From Scyliorhinus canicula (lineage: Eukaryota), in contig NC_052166.1 in the NCBI RefSeq assembly GCF_902713615.1, positions 1,798,001 through 1,862,000 on the forward strand: a stretch of DNA of 64,000 bases, written 5' to 3'. The notes beneath the pieces are model-generated. The model was given only the letters and a program-made list of their open reading frames with translations, did not search any database and had not been told where the DNA came from. The position numbers and the translations under genes were made by a program. Below are positions 12,701 through 27,707 of the stretch, piece after piece (within the stretch, counting starts at the first letter, position 1; each line of letters begins with the position of its first letter).

Positions 12701-12856
12701 ATGTGCAGCGGTCTTTAACAATGGAGGCACGTTACCTTGAAAAAGGCTATATTCTTCGTCCAACTGCAGCAGCTTAAAGGCGCTCCTCGCTCTCCATCCC
12801 TCCTCCTTTGCCAGGCGATAGTAGATGTCCCTTTTGTCCTTTGATGAACGTCCCAT
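704..12856 (-). CDS. FTSJ1: FTSJ1 tRNA (cytidine32/guanosine34-2'-O)-methyltransferase, 5' partial; join(complement 12736..12856, 10626..10695, 3903..4005, 704..782), continues beyond the left edge
   Basis: Spliced translation [124 protein letters not shown] is unmistakably Trm7/FTSJ1 (SAM motif DLCAAPGSW). All sites are GT-AG. Confidence 0.97.
1071..1734. mobile_element. GC-rich non-autonomous MITE-like element
   Basis: Ends ggccgggattctcc ... ggagaatcccgc form imperfect terminal inverted repeats similar to those at 47508-48274. Confidence 0.6.
1813..2108 (+). mobile_element. tRNA-derived V-SINE (HE1-like)
   Basis: A/B-box-like head (ggttcgattcc) and V-domain tgtctgtgtggagtctgcatgttctcccc. 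Confidence 0.85.
2171..3595. repeat. 20-bp GC-rich minisatellite (aaccccttcctcccgggg[a/g]c) in an FTSJ1 intron
   Basis: Period of 20 seen directly; it explains the long Pro/Gly/Arg ORFs on both strands. Confidence 0.97.
3903..4005 (-). CDS. FTSJ1: FTSJ1 coding exon 3 (103 nt)
   Basis: [34 protein letters not shown]; tag| acceptor and |gtaacc donor. Confidence 0.95.
4143..4365. repeat. Diverged 71-bp tandem triplication
   Basis: Three aligned 71-nt units sharing cagtggcca...aactacac...ctcctc. Confidence 0.75.
4490..4905 (-). mobile_element. Penelope-like element 3' fragment (GIY-YIG C-terminus and pseudo-LTR with hammerhead motif)
   Basis: Minus-strand ...[20 protein letters not shown] followed by CTGAAGA-A-GGAGC-TGC-GCTCC-GAAA. 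Confidence 0.75.
4545..4582 (-). ncRNA. Minimal hammerhead ribozyme motif (Penelope type)
   Basis: CUGAAGA core, extra A, 5-bp stem II, GAAA, palindromic AGCU stem III, CUC cleavage triplet; stem I pairing looks decayed. Confidence 0.55.
5545..5774 (+). mobile_element. Short A-tailed V-SINE inserted in CR1
   Basis: tRNA head, V-domain, A tail, 11-bp TSD aacccccacat. Confidence 0.92.
7793..7962 (+). mobile_element. tRNA-derived SINE (ggggctggtttagctcac family) in the CR1 5'UTR
   Basis: Near-identical copy at 63248-63428; (tttca)n tail. Confidence 0.85.
8400..8915 (+). mobile_element. CR1-group LINE RT fragment
   Basis: GVPQG..LGP-like motif (ggagttcctcagggt...ggcccaaccatcttc); related sequence at 38450-39350 on the minus strand. 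Confidence 0.7.
8920..9655 (+). mobile_element. Rex1/Babar-like LINE RT fragment
   Basis: [32 protein letters not shown] and DDTTVVGLI motifs spread over shifted frames. Confidence 0.75.
9662..9914 (-). mobile_element. V-SINE (HE1-like)
   Basis: Head and V-domain on the minus strand with a CR1-like tail. Confidence 0.85.
10626..10695 (-). CDS. FTSJ1: FTSJ1 coding exon 2 (70 nt)
   Basis: [23 protein letters not shown]; cag| acceptor and |gtaagt donor. Confidence 0.95.
11344..11650 (+). mobile_element. V-SINE, diverged
   Basis: tRNA head, V-domain, tail gggctgaatggccttcttctgcactg. Confidence 0.8.
11720..12076 (-). mobile_element. Long-form V-SINE (HE1-like)
   Basis: Full head, V-domain and tail ending in aaattctatg repeats. 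Confidence 0.9.
12736..12856 (-). CDS. FTSJ1: FTSJ1 first coding exon (121 nt CDS; exon acceptor at 12869 adds 13 nt of 5'UTR)
   Basis: [40 protein letters not shown]; acceptor ttgttttcag|, donor AAG|gtaacg. Confidence 0.97.
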
Positions 12857-13859
12857 TGTTACTCAGCAACTGAAAACAAGAGGGGGAACAGGTGATGGCC
12901 TCCACACATCCCAGATCTCAACATTACAATCCCACCGCAACTCTTACCTGCCACTTTCTAGCCCAGTCCACCTCCTTTTGCAGCCACTTATAGTAATACA
13001 CACAGTGCAGGGGGGAGGGCGTTCGAAGAGCCGCCGACGCACAGTGGCAGCCGTGTCTACAAGATTCACTGCGGGTACTCACCAAACCCCCCCCCCCCCC
13101 CCAAAGACAAGGGCAGCAGATGCCTGGGGCAAAATCCTGGAACTCTTCGCTGACAGCACTATGGGTGTACCTACGCCACGCGGGCTGGAGCAGTTCAAAA
13201 TGGTAGCTCCCCACTACCGCCTTCTGAAGGGGCAATTGGGGGGGGGGGGGGGGGGGGAGACAAAAAATGCCAGGCTAGCCAGCAATGAAAGAATAACGCG
13301 ACTATCATCAATTGCCACAAAAGCCCATCTGGTTCACGAATGTCCTTCAGGGAAGGAAATTTGCTGTCCTTACCCGGTCTGGCCTACATGTGACTCTAGA
13401 CTCACACACAGTCAACACGTCCCTCTTAAATTGCCTGAGTATGTCACTCAGTTCCAAGGGGCAATTAGGGATGGGGAACCAATGCTGGGCTAGCCAGTGA
13501 AACCCACATCCCAGGAATACAATGCCAGTGAAATGCAGTCCTTTGGCCACATATGCAACTAGTGTCTTATCCGCTCCATGGCGTAACCTCCCCCTTACCC
13601 ACCCCCCAATGCACCTTGCCCAGTGAAGGCGATCACCAATGGCATACCACACTGACCATCTTCCTCCCCTGCCTGCCTCCTTCTTCCTCCTCCTCACCCA
13701 GCCTACAGCTATAAATAAAACTCATTGCCTCTGAAACCTGAATGCCTTCTCCCCCTGCCCAGCTGCTGCCTGAGCTGCTGAGTGCTCCCTGCCTGGAACT
13801 ATCCTGAATTGAGTGAAAGCAGCACCCTCTACCTGGACCAGGCGGCCATTTTGTTTCCA

Positions 13860-14300
13860 TGCCCCTCAGCCTGTCGCTCCGCCCGCCCCTTCACTGTTGC
13901 TCAATTAGCGGCTCCCCGCCCCGCAGGGAGGACCCCGGTCTGACAGGAGCCTCAGGCTCGCCTGTGTAAAAGTCGACCTCAACCCTCCAAATTCCCGGGC
14001 GAGGGATTTTTAAAAAATATCTCTTTCAATTATTGTTTTTTTTAAAAGAGATAACGTCTGAAAACTCCAGCCTTTTTCGTTTTAGTTACTGAGGATTTGT
14101 TTTGTTGTGTGAGGGGATGCGGGGAGTGGGTGCAGTACCGCCTGTGGCCAGCGGGGGGGAAGGTCGGGGGCGCTATCGAGCAGCGCGCGGCCGTTGGCTC
14201 CTCTCCCCCCCCCCCCCCCCCCCCCGGCGCGCGCTCAGTTCAAACGGCCGCCGGCGCGCGGGGCGACCGTTAGACTCCTTCAATCAAGATGGCGGCGGGA
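13860..14300. promoter_or_regulatory. CpG-island-like promoter of FTSJ1 (probably includes a non-coding exon 1)
   Basis: CpG-dense non-repeat sequence about 1.2 kb upstream of the first coding exon, which begins with a splice acceptor and so requires an upstream exon. YY1-type CAAGATGGCGGC at 14285-14296. Confidence 0.65.
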
Positions 14301-15110
14301 AGGGGATGGGCACTGGGTGGGGGATGGTGGGCACTGGATGGGGATGGAGGACACTGGATGAGGATGGAGGACACTGGATGAGGATGGAGGACACTGGATT
14401 GGAGATGGTGGGCACTGGGTGGCGGTGAAGGGCACTGGATAGGAGATGGTCGCTGGGTGGGGTTGATGGCATTGGGTCGGGATAGTGGGCACTGGATTGG
14501 GGATGATGGATACTTGATGGGGATGGTGGACACTGGGTGGGGGATGAAGGACACTGGATGGGGGATAGTGGACACTGGATGGGGATGATGGACACTTGAT
14601 GGGGATGGTGGACACTGGGTGGGGGTTGAAGGACACTGGGTGGGGTTGTGGCACTGGGTCGGGACTAGGGGATGATGGACACTTGATGGAGATGATGGAC
14701 ACTGGATGGGGATGATGGACACTGGGTGGGGGATGGTGGACATTGGGTGGGGGACGATGGACACTGGGTGGGGGATGGTGGACATTGGGTGGGGGATGAT
14801 GGACACTGGGTGGGGGATGAAGGACACTGGGTGGGGATGATGGACACTGTATTGGGGATGATGGACACTGGATTGGGGATGATGGACACTGGATTGGGGA
14901 TGATGGACACTGGATTGGGGATGATGGACACTGGATGGGGGATGATGGACACTGGGTGGGGGATGATGGACACTGGGTGGGGGATGAAGGACACGGTGAG
15001 GGATGAAGGACACTGGGTGGGGATGAAGGACACTGGGTGGGGATGATGGACACTGGATGGGGGATGATGGACACTCGATTGAGGATGATCAGCACTGGAT
15101 TTGGGATGAT
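14300..15110. repeat. G-rich ~21-bp minisatellite (gggatgatggacactgg[a/g]tgg) abutting the FTSJ1 promoter
   Basis: Tandem period seen directly. Confidence 0.95.
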
Positions 15111-15948
15111 GGGGTTTAATTCCTACAATGCAGAAGGGTTTTGAAGAATAAAGGGATTAAGGGTTATGGTGTTCGGGCCGGAAAGTGGAGCTGAGTCCAC
15201 AAAAGATCAGCCATGATCTAATTGAATGGCGGAGCAGGCTCGAGGGGCCAGATGGCCTACTCCTGCTCCTAGTTCTTATGTTCTTATGTCTGCTCTAAAC
15301 AATGACGCCTGAAAAGAGGCCATTTTGGTGGAAAGAAAGAGAAGGTGAATACAAAATAAATGATACTGAAGGTGACAGGACAGGTTGAAGAAGCTGTTTA
15401 CAAAGGGGGGATTTATCAATAGAGATGCAGATTACAAAAGTGAAGACGTTTTGCTGAAACTAACTCATTGTGTCCAATTCTCGGCCGTACACTTTAGGAA
15501 TGATGACTTGGAGAAGATTTATCAGTTGAGTTCCAGGGGTGAGGGACCTCAGTTAATCTGGAGAAACTGGGATTATTATCTTTAGAGCAGAGAAGGTTAT
15601 CGGGAGATTTAATTGAGGCGTTCACAATCACGAGGGGGTTTTGATAGAGTAAATGACAATGTGTTTCCAGTGGCAAGAGGCTCAGTAACCAGAGGAGACA
15701 TAGGTTGGAGAGATTGGTTCATGAACCAAAGGGGGAATGAGAAGAATTTTTTGAACATCGAGTTGTTGTGATCTGGAAGGCACTGCCTGAAAGGGCAGTG
15801 GAAGCAGATTCAATAGGGACGCTCAAAAGGGGGCGATGGATAAATATTTGAAGGGGAAACAAATTGTAGGATAGTTGGGAAGGAGGAGGGGAATGTGCAG
15901 TTTCCATCTACAACACCCTCCTTTCATTTAATGCCTTCCTACCCAATG

Positions 15949-16275
15949 GGGCGGCACAGTGGTTAGCACAGTTGCTTCACAGCTCCAGGGTCCGAGGTTC
16001 GATTCCCGGCTTGGGTCACTGTCTGTGCGGAGTCTGCACGTTCTCCCCGTGTCTGCGTGGATCTTCTCCGGGTGCTCCAGTTTCCTCCCACAGTCCAAAG
16101 ATGTGCAGGTTAGATAGATTGGCCATGATAAATTGCCCTTATTGTGCAAAAAGGTTAAGTGGGGTTACTGGCATCAAGGGATAGGGTGGGGGCGTGGGCT
16201 TAAGTAGGGTGCTCTTTCCAAGGGCCGGTGCAGACTCGATGGGCTGATTGGCCTCCTTCTGCACTGTAAATTCTG
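15949..16275 (+). mobile_element. Long-form V-SINE
   Basis: Head, V-domain and CR1-like tail. Confidence 0.9.
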
Positions 16276-16859
16276 CACTGTTTCTATTCAATGTTGCTGA
16301 TGTCCATGTTTACAATGGGAACTGCCATGTAAACATGTCACGCTGCAATAATACCTCCCTGCCAGTGGCAGTACTAGAGAGCCTAATGTCAGACTTCAAG
16401 AGAAACTCCAGTACTCCAACCTGCCCTGCATCTGGACTTCACAATAACTGTAAGTTTTGTAATTTAGCTGTTGAACTAATATTGTGAATAATGTTTGTAT
16501 TTAACTGTTTATTGCAAAGATGGAATGTGAGTTCAGCAAAGGAACTGAATTACCTCTGTGAGCCCGTGACTTTCAGAAATGTCCCACCACCAGGATCAGC
16601 AATAACTTGTATTTAGGTAGCACCTTGAAAATAGTAAAGTATCACAAGGACATTCATGGGAATCTTCTCAATTTGGGCACTGAGCTTTGTAAGAAGATAT
16701 TTAAACAGAGGAGGTATGATTCAGAGAGTAATTTTAGAGAGAGAAAGAGGTGGAGAAGTTTAGGGAGGGAATGTAAGAGCTTCAGGCATCCAGGCAGCAG
16801 AAGGCATGGCTGCCAATGGTGGAGAGATGGGAACCAGGGAAACTTGAGAAGCCGGAATT

Positions 16860-17450
16860 AGAGGAGAACAGATCTTGGAGGGTTATAGGGGCTGGAGGAG
16901 GTGACAGAGATAGGGAGGGCTGCAGGGGCTGGAGGAGGTTACAGAGATAGGGAGGGTTGTCGGGTCTGGTGGAGGTTACAGAGATAGGGAGGGCTGTAGG
17001 GGCTGGAGGAGACTACAGATAGGGAGGCCGACCTTCGGGACCCACACTGGCCGATCTTCGGGACCCACGCTGGCCGACCTTCGGGGCCCACGCTGGCCGA
17101 TCTTCGGGACCCACGCTGGCCGACCTTCGGGACCCACACTGGCCGACCTTCGGGACCCACACTTGCCGACCTTCGGGACCCACACTGGCCGACCTTCGGG
17201 ACCCACGCTGGCCGACCTTCGGGACGCACACTGGCCGACCTTCGGGACCCACACTGGCCGACCTTCGGGACCCACACTTGCCGACCTTCGGGACCCACAC
17301 TGGCCGACCTTCGGGACCCACGCTGACCGACCTTTGGGACCCACACTGGCCGACCTTCGGGACCCACGCTGACCGACCTTCGGCACCCACGCTTGCCGAC
17401 CTTTGGGACCCACACTGGCCGACCTTCGGGACCCACGCTGGCCGACCTTC
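16860..17450. repeat. Compound minisatellite: ~35-bp purine-rich units (16860-17025), then 22-bp units ggccgaccttcgggacccacact (17025-17450)
   Basis: Periods seen directly. Confidence 0.92.
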
Positions 17451-18149
17451 CAAACACATGCCATCCGACCCCATGCCGGCTGACCTTCAGAATCACACAA
17501 AGGGGGAAGCAGCCGATGATCATCTGGGGCTATGGTGACTTTACCTTACCGTTACCTCTTGTAAATAAAACAGCCACATATCTGAAGATAATGATATTAA
17601 TATATTGGTTCATTATTAGTGTTGGTGCATGAGTTTATGTCAGCATTGAGTGAGGACATCAGAGTGCCGGTGATGTCCTACTAGCTATAAAGGTTCACTG
17701 TCTAGGGTCACTGATGACGAATAGTTACTCATGAGAAATACTGAAGAACCTGCATTCATCGTGGGACACTGCCTCGAGGAAATAAAGAAGTGAAGGATGA
17801 AGATTGAGGAGAGGAGAACAAAGAACAGGTAACACTGGGAGAGAGGCTTATGTGGTTCTTGTAAATAAAACAGCCACAAATCTGAAGATCATGATGTTAA
17901 TATATTGATTTATAATTAGCTTAATGCAATTCAATTTCTGCAAAGTTTATTCAACTTCAGAGTACACCATTAGAAATAAGTTCATCAATATTAATGAATG
18001 TTGACAACATGAAAGCTGCCCCACAGACAACTGACATACTAACTGTTCTGGTCGCCATTGGATATTGAACAAAGTTTTCTCAGATATTAATTATTTCCTC
18101 AACCACTTTCTAATTTGTATTGTTGGGTATACTTACTATACATTCCATA

Positions 18150-18478
18150 GATGTCCATTGAATCCCTACAGTGCAGAAGGAAGTCATTCAGCCCATCAAG
18201 CCTGCACCGACCCGCCAAAGAGCGCTCTACCTTGGCCCTATCACCGTAACCCAATATCCCCACCTAACCTGCATATCTTTGGACACTTAAGGGTCAATTT
18301 AGCACGGCCAATCCACCTAACCTGCACATCTTTGGACTGTGGGAGGAAACCGGAGCATCCGGAAGAAACACATGCAGACACGGGGAGAATGTGCAGACTC
18401 CGCACAGTTACCCAAGACGGGAATTGAACCCGGATGGCTAGTGCTGTGAGGCAGCAATGCTGACCACTGTGGCACCGT
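18150..18478 (-). mobile_element. V-SINE
   Basis: V-domain and head on the minus strand. Confidence 0.85.
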
Positions 18479-19039
18479 ACCACCTGGAAGGCTCTCAATT
18501 GTCCACTTATTTCCCCACCTAACACTTGAAAAACAGCCAATGTTTTATTGACCACGACTATTTATTCATGCACTTCCACAATTTACATTCTGAAACACAA
18601 TCCTAGTTAAACCTCTTGGGTGAAGTTTCTGCCATCATCACTTCACTTTCTGTGATCACCAATGATCAAACATGAGGCAAGGCCCTGCTTTTGACTCTCG
18701 GGGCCAGCTACCGTCAAAACCTAGCAAATAGTGAGTAATATGAGCTGTAAGAAGTTACCAGACGACCTGGGGATCATATCTGCCTGTATTCTTGGTAGCT
18801 TTCCGTATTTACTCGCTAACCAACTAGTTATTTTATTGATGTTCTGATATATTGCTGCACCCTCACAATTTTCTGCCATAACACCAAAATTTGGATCACT
18901 GCTGCTCTCTTTTACAGATTGTTAGCAGTTGAAAGGGGCCCCGCGCATGTTACCTTTGAAAACTGTTGCTCTGCAACCCTTTTGACATTTCGCCCGCGAC
19001 CCACTCGCAGGTCAGAGACCCAGCTTTCAGGAAGGAACA

Positions 19040-19545
19040 TAGAGCAAGGAACAGGTGTCGGGGCAATCCAGCCTCTCTAGCCCACTCCGCCATTCAATGC
19101 GATCATGACCGATCTCCTGTCGACCTCAACACTTTCCTGCCCGTTTTCCATAACCCTTCAACCCATTACTCATTAAAAATCTGTCCATCTGCTCCTTAAA
19201 TTTACTCAATGTCCTGGCATCCACTGCACTCTGGGGGAGTGAATTCCACAGATTCATGACTCTTTGAGAGCAGTAATTTCTCCCCATTTCTGTTTTACAT
19301 CTGCTCCCCATTATCCTGAGACTATGACCTCTCGTTCTAGATTGTCCCGCAAGAGGCAACATCCTCTCTACAGCTACTTTGTCAATACCTTTTATCATCA
19401 GATAAACCTCAATTAAATCTCCTCTCATTCTTCTAAACTTGAGAGAGTGTAGGCCTGAACTGCTCGATCTCTCTTCATAAGGCAAACCCCTCATCTCTGG
19501 AATCAATCTAGTGAACCTACTCTGAACTGCCTCTAATGAAACTAC
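19040..19545 (-). mobile_element. CR1 3' fragment
   Basis: MIPEMRGLPYEER...RGDLIEVY...TRGHSLRI. Confidence 0.85.
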
Positions 19546-19919
19546 ATCCCTCCTACCACAGGAAGTCTGCCACCCTTACCCAGTTTTGCCTACACCTGAC
19601 TCCAGACCCTCTATAGGCAATTAGGGATAGGCAACAAATGTAGTCCTTGGCAGCAATGCCCGTGTTCTGTGAAAGAATAAAACAATTAGCGGAGGTTTCT
19701 GTGAGCAAGATCTCTCTGTTTTGCCTGTTTGGTTCTTGGTTGCTCATTGAATGAACTTTCATAATGACCCAGGATCAAAAATATTGGCTCCTCGTGATTG
19801 GGAGGTTTGGTTTATTCTGTGTTCCGTCTTACCCTGCATATCTGGAGCGATAGACACTGAGAAGAATTGTTTTGTGTGCAAAGGCTGTTCATCATGTGGC
19901 CTGTATTTTATTTTGTACA

Positions 19920-23140
<3,221 letters not shown>

Positions 23141-23997
23141 CCGCTACGTGTCCGCTCCACCCATCTCCCTCATAAATGGCCAATCGCCCATAAACACTTT
23201 GAAACCCTTTTTTAAATAGGGCTGAGATGGTCTCAGATGATTCACCAGTTAAGCTTCAAAAGCAAGTAATCCATACCTCTTGACTCCTAATCAGGCTTCA
23301 GGTGATGGCCTGCTAACTGATGGTCAGTTATCTGGGTGTGGAGGCTCCTTATTAACCTTCTAACTGGACCACTAAACTTACAAACAGAAAAGAGGGAAAG
23401 ACTTATTCAGTTCCTACTGTGCTTCAAATGCCCGTTTAAAGCTCACTGTCTGTGCCCACTCCGGATGCGCCCTCTCCCACTGCTTGTGCGCAGTGCTGTA
23501 CAGGAGCTTTTCCTGTACAGCCTAGCCTTCATATCTATGGGCCTGAGAATACAGATACCGCATTTCAGCATTAGTTACTTAGTTGATCATTAACAGCACT
23601 CATCAGACGTGGAGCTTAGCTCTGATTCCATTTCTGGCCTCCACATTTTCAGTCTGGAGGTCTCAATTGTCCACATGGAAACCAGGCACACTATTGACAT
23701 TTTCACAATCAAATAATGATATAACTATGATTACCCATCAGATAGGTGTCTCAAGGATTTGGGCAAGTCATGCTAGCCAGACCTTTAGGTCCAGAGTGGC
23801 ATCTCCCTTAATTCAGGGACCTTGACATACATCTCTGTTCTCACATAGCCGTTACCCTCTAACAGGTATTTCGGGAGTCACTTAGGTCTATATGCAGGTG
23901 GACAAATGGGAACTCCTATAGGGCAGATGTCTAGCTGTAAACACGGACTCAGCACAATGCTGCAGGCTAGCAGGAGCGCATAACATGCACAAACATT

Positions 23998-24280
23998 GGT
24001 AGATGTTAGCACGGTTGCTTCACAGCGCCAGGGTCCCGGTTTTGATTCCCGGTTTGGGTAACTGCGGAGTCTGCACGTTCTCCCAGTGTCTGCGTGGGTT
24101 TCCTCCGATTTCCTCCCACAGGTCCCGAAAGATGTGCTTGTTAGGTGAATTGAACAGACTGTATTATCCCTCTGAGTACCCGAACAGGTGCCGGAATGTG
24201 GCGACTAGGGGATTTTCACAGTAACTTCATTGCAGTGTTAATGTAAGCCTACTTGTGACAATGATAAAGATTTTTTTTTA
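23998..24280 (+). mobile_element. V-SINE (same tail type as 1813-2108)
   Basis: V-domain and tail gactaggggattttcacagtaacttcattgcag. Confidence 0.8.
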
Positions 24281-25039
24281 AATGTGGAGACTAAAACTGT
24301 GTACAGTATTGCAGATGTGATCTCTCCAAATCCTGTACAATGGAAGCAAGACATCTTTATTACTGTACACCATTGTTCTTGCAAAAAAATGGCTTCACAC
24401 TAACATTCTATATTCCTTGTACAAGCACACACAACTCTGACTAAACACCACATTTAAATGCCTTTTTAAAATATTCTGCTTTTCATTTCTTAATAGCTCA
24501 TCCTAATCCACATTATATTCCAAACTGAGACACATTACTCTTGGTCTCTTTGTCTAATTTATGAGATTGTCAATAGTTGAGACCCCATGATCTTTTTGAT
24601 AATCCACAATAACCTGCCAACAAGCAAGTTCTCCTGTCAACAAGCACTTGTCCTTGCACAGTCTTCCCACTAGATGGCAGGATGTGCTGGAAAATGCCAA
24701 TATTCTCAACCTGCCCTCCCTCTATTTAACACACAAAAAGAAAGACTTGCATTTCTGTCGAGACTTTCACATCCAGCAGATGCCCCAAAGTGATTTAAAG
24801 CCAATGAAATACATTGTTCAATTACAGACACAGTCGTAATGTGGGAAACACAGCAGCCAATTGGTGCACAGTAAGCTTCCCCTTTCAGCAAGGTGAGAAC
24901 AACCTGATCACCTGTTTTTGTGTAATGATAACTGAAGAATAAATATCAACCCCCTAACAGCGGGAAGAACTCCTCCAAACAGCTCTTTGTTGAAAGGTGA
25001 ATCTTTACAGTATTATAATTACAGAAGTCCCAAAAAGAT

Positions 25040-25610
25040 TTAAATCACATTGATTTATTCCAAAAGTAAATGCAAGCTGCAAAGCGGCGGGGATAACAAC
25101 TAGTCCTAGCCGGACTGTCCGAAGATGTCTGTCCCCTTCCTGGTTGGCTTTATCTGTGTATTTCAATGAGCACCACGTAGGGCTTCCTCCACTCAGTGGG
25201 GGAGCTTGTATTCCACAAGCCCCAAAGAGAGGTCAATTGGGTTGTCCCCATGGATCGCGTGGGGATTATAAGATCCCTTCTCCCTGAAGTCCACAAGTCC
25301 CACTGTCGTAGAGGATAGAGGAAGCCCTCTTCTTTGTGTCGCCTGTGGTTGTGCTTCTGATGGTTGCGGGGCTGGGCCGGAGAGCGTGTAATGCGTTAGG
25401 AAGTTTAGCTTCGTCGCAGATCGTCTGGAGGTGCCGTTGGCAATCACTCCTGGTTAAACTGTTGGACGCTTGTGTCTCAGCATCTGTGCTTCTGTGTGTC
25501 TGGGCCCCTGGGGGAATGTTGCCTCTTTGTCCTTGGGTTGCGGGTAAGAGGGAGGGCTGACGCATCCGGAGGGGCCGTCTCTGGTGCAGGCTCACTGCTT
25601 TTAAGGTAGC
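25040..25610 (-). mobile_element. Probable LTR-retrotransposon 3' remnant
   Basis: Low-complexity ORF tail and LTR-like composition; lies next to an L1 whose far flank is Gypsy pol. Boundaries approximate. Confidence 0.4.
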
Positions 25611-27384
25611 CTACATGCATTTCCGGTGGCGGCTATGGAGGAGTGCGTCGCACATTTGATAGCTTCTGCCTGTGACGGACTTTTGGACCTTTTACTCCCC
25701 CTTTTTTCCCTGGATTTTATTGGATGAATCGGTGGCGAGTGAGACGGTGAGGAGAAATCCCCAACCAGTGTCTGGAGAATTGGACCAGAAGTGGCCGTGT
25801 AAGAAGACAAAGTTCTACAAGGAAGATGCGAGCCGAGCTGGCAACGTAGGAAAGCATGGCCTAGCAGCAGGGCCGCAAGGAGGCGGCACAGTGGTTGATG
25901 GAGCAGCTGGTGAAGTTTTTTGAAGATTGCTTCGCCAAGCTTAAGGACACGCTGGACCCGATCAAGGCTTCGGTTGATCAGGTTGTGCAGAATTAAGAAA
26001 TCCATGGACGTGCGATTCAGGAGGTGGAGAAAAAGGTGTCCGAGCACAAGGAGTACATAACCGTGTTGGAGACCACGGTGGAGATGATGAATGACCACCA
26101 GAAAAGAATGCAGAAGAAGCTGGAGGACTATAGAACAGATCCAGGAGGCAGAACCTGAGAATCGTTGGCCTCCCTGAGGGTAGTGAGGGATCGGATGCGA
26201 GGGCCTATGTGACGAACATGCTGGGGAGGTTGATGGTGGCTGAGGTGTTCCCTCGGAACTGGATAGAGCGCACAGAGCCCTCGTGAAGAAGCCCCGAGTG
26301 AACGAGCCACTGAAGGCGATGGTGGTACGTATGCACCGATTCCTGGATAAGGAACACGTTCTGCGGTGGGCCAAGAAACAACGGAGCAGCAGCTGGGAGA
26401 ATTGTGAGCTGCGCAGTTATCAAGACCTGGGAGTGGAGTTGGCCAAGAGGCGAGCCGGGTTTAACTGGGCAAAACCGGCCCTCTTTAAGAAGGGGGTGAA
26501 GTTCGGGATGCTGTACCCAGTGTGTCTGTGAGTCACATATGAGGACCGGGAATTTTACTTCGAAACACCGGACGATGCATTGACTTTCATCAGGGAAAAA
26601 AGACTGGATGTGAACTAAAGACACTGGATCCTCGGGGAGAGTACTGCAATGGCGATCTGTTGACAATCACTTTTATGCTGGTTTGAAGAAGTAGTGTTAT
26701 GTGCAATAAGGGGCGGTTTAGATGGCTGAAGTTAACTTTGTCTTACTGGGAGCTGGGTGGGGGGTGGGAGGGGGAGGGCGGCTTTCTGTGGTTGTTTTTT
26801 CTGTGGTTGCTTTTCCACTGTTTTTTCCGCTGTTTGCTTACTGGGGAATCTGATACTTTGAATATGTATGTTAAAGTGGGGGGGAAGAGGTGAGAGAACA
26901 ATGGGGAGACAGCCTGTTTGGTGCCATGGGTGGAAGCTATCAGGTCAGCTTGGTCAGCTGTCTCATGGAAGCACAGTGGGGGCGAGCAGGAGATCATCTT
27001 GAGCTTGATATGGGGGGGGGTTGGGTTTCTAGTGCTGTTACTCGGGGGAGGGAGGGGGTGGGAAGCTGCTTTGCTGATAGGAGAGGAACTGTTACCAGAG
27101 GACAAATGGGAGGTTGGGGATGGAGGATGCCTGATGGCGGGGCTCGAGGAGGCCAGGGATGCGAGCTAGAGGCTGGCCTAAAAAGGGTGATGGCTAGTCG
27201 GCAGGGTGGAGGGGGCGGGAAGTCCTCCGACCAGGCTGATTACATTAAACTTTAGAGGGCTGAATGGGCCGGGCAAGAGGGCTCGCGTGTTCCCACATTT
27301 GAGGGAGCTGAAGGCAGACGTGGCAATGTTACATACCTAAACATACCTGACATACCTAAAGGTTACAGACCAGACTAGATTGAT

Positions 27385-27707
27385 CATAGATCATAGAACA
27401 GTACAGCACAGAACAGGCCCTTCGGCCCTCGATGTTGTGCCGAGCAATGATCACCCTACTTAAACCCACATAACCCGTATCCCAACAATCCCCCCATTAA
27501 CCTTACACTACGGGCAATTTAGAACGGCCAATCCACCTAACCCGCACATCTTTGGACTGTGGGAGGAAACCGGAGCACCCGGAGGAAACCCACGCACACA
27601 CAGGGAGGACGTGCAGACTCCACACAGACAGTGACCCAGCCGGGAATCGAACCTGGGACCCTGGAGCTGTGAAGCATTGATGCTAACCACCATGCTACCG
27701 TGAGACC
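27385..27707 (-). mobile_element. V-SINE inserted in L1 ORF2
   Basis: Head, V-domain and tail interrupting the endonuclease region. Confidence 0.88.

Noticed and set aside
12825-13493. 222-aa plus-strand ORF
   Set aside because: Overlaps the FTSJ1 exon antisense plus repeat fragments and homopolymer runs; no recognisable domain.
14270-15095. 247-271 aa His/Pro/Cys-rich ORFs
   Set aside because: Minisatellite translation.
16939-17538. Repetitive ORFs of 150-190 aa
   Set aside because: 22-bp minisatellite translation.
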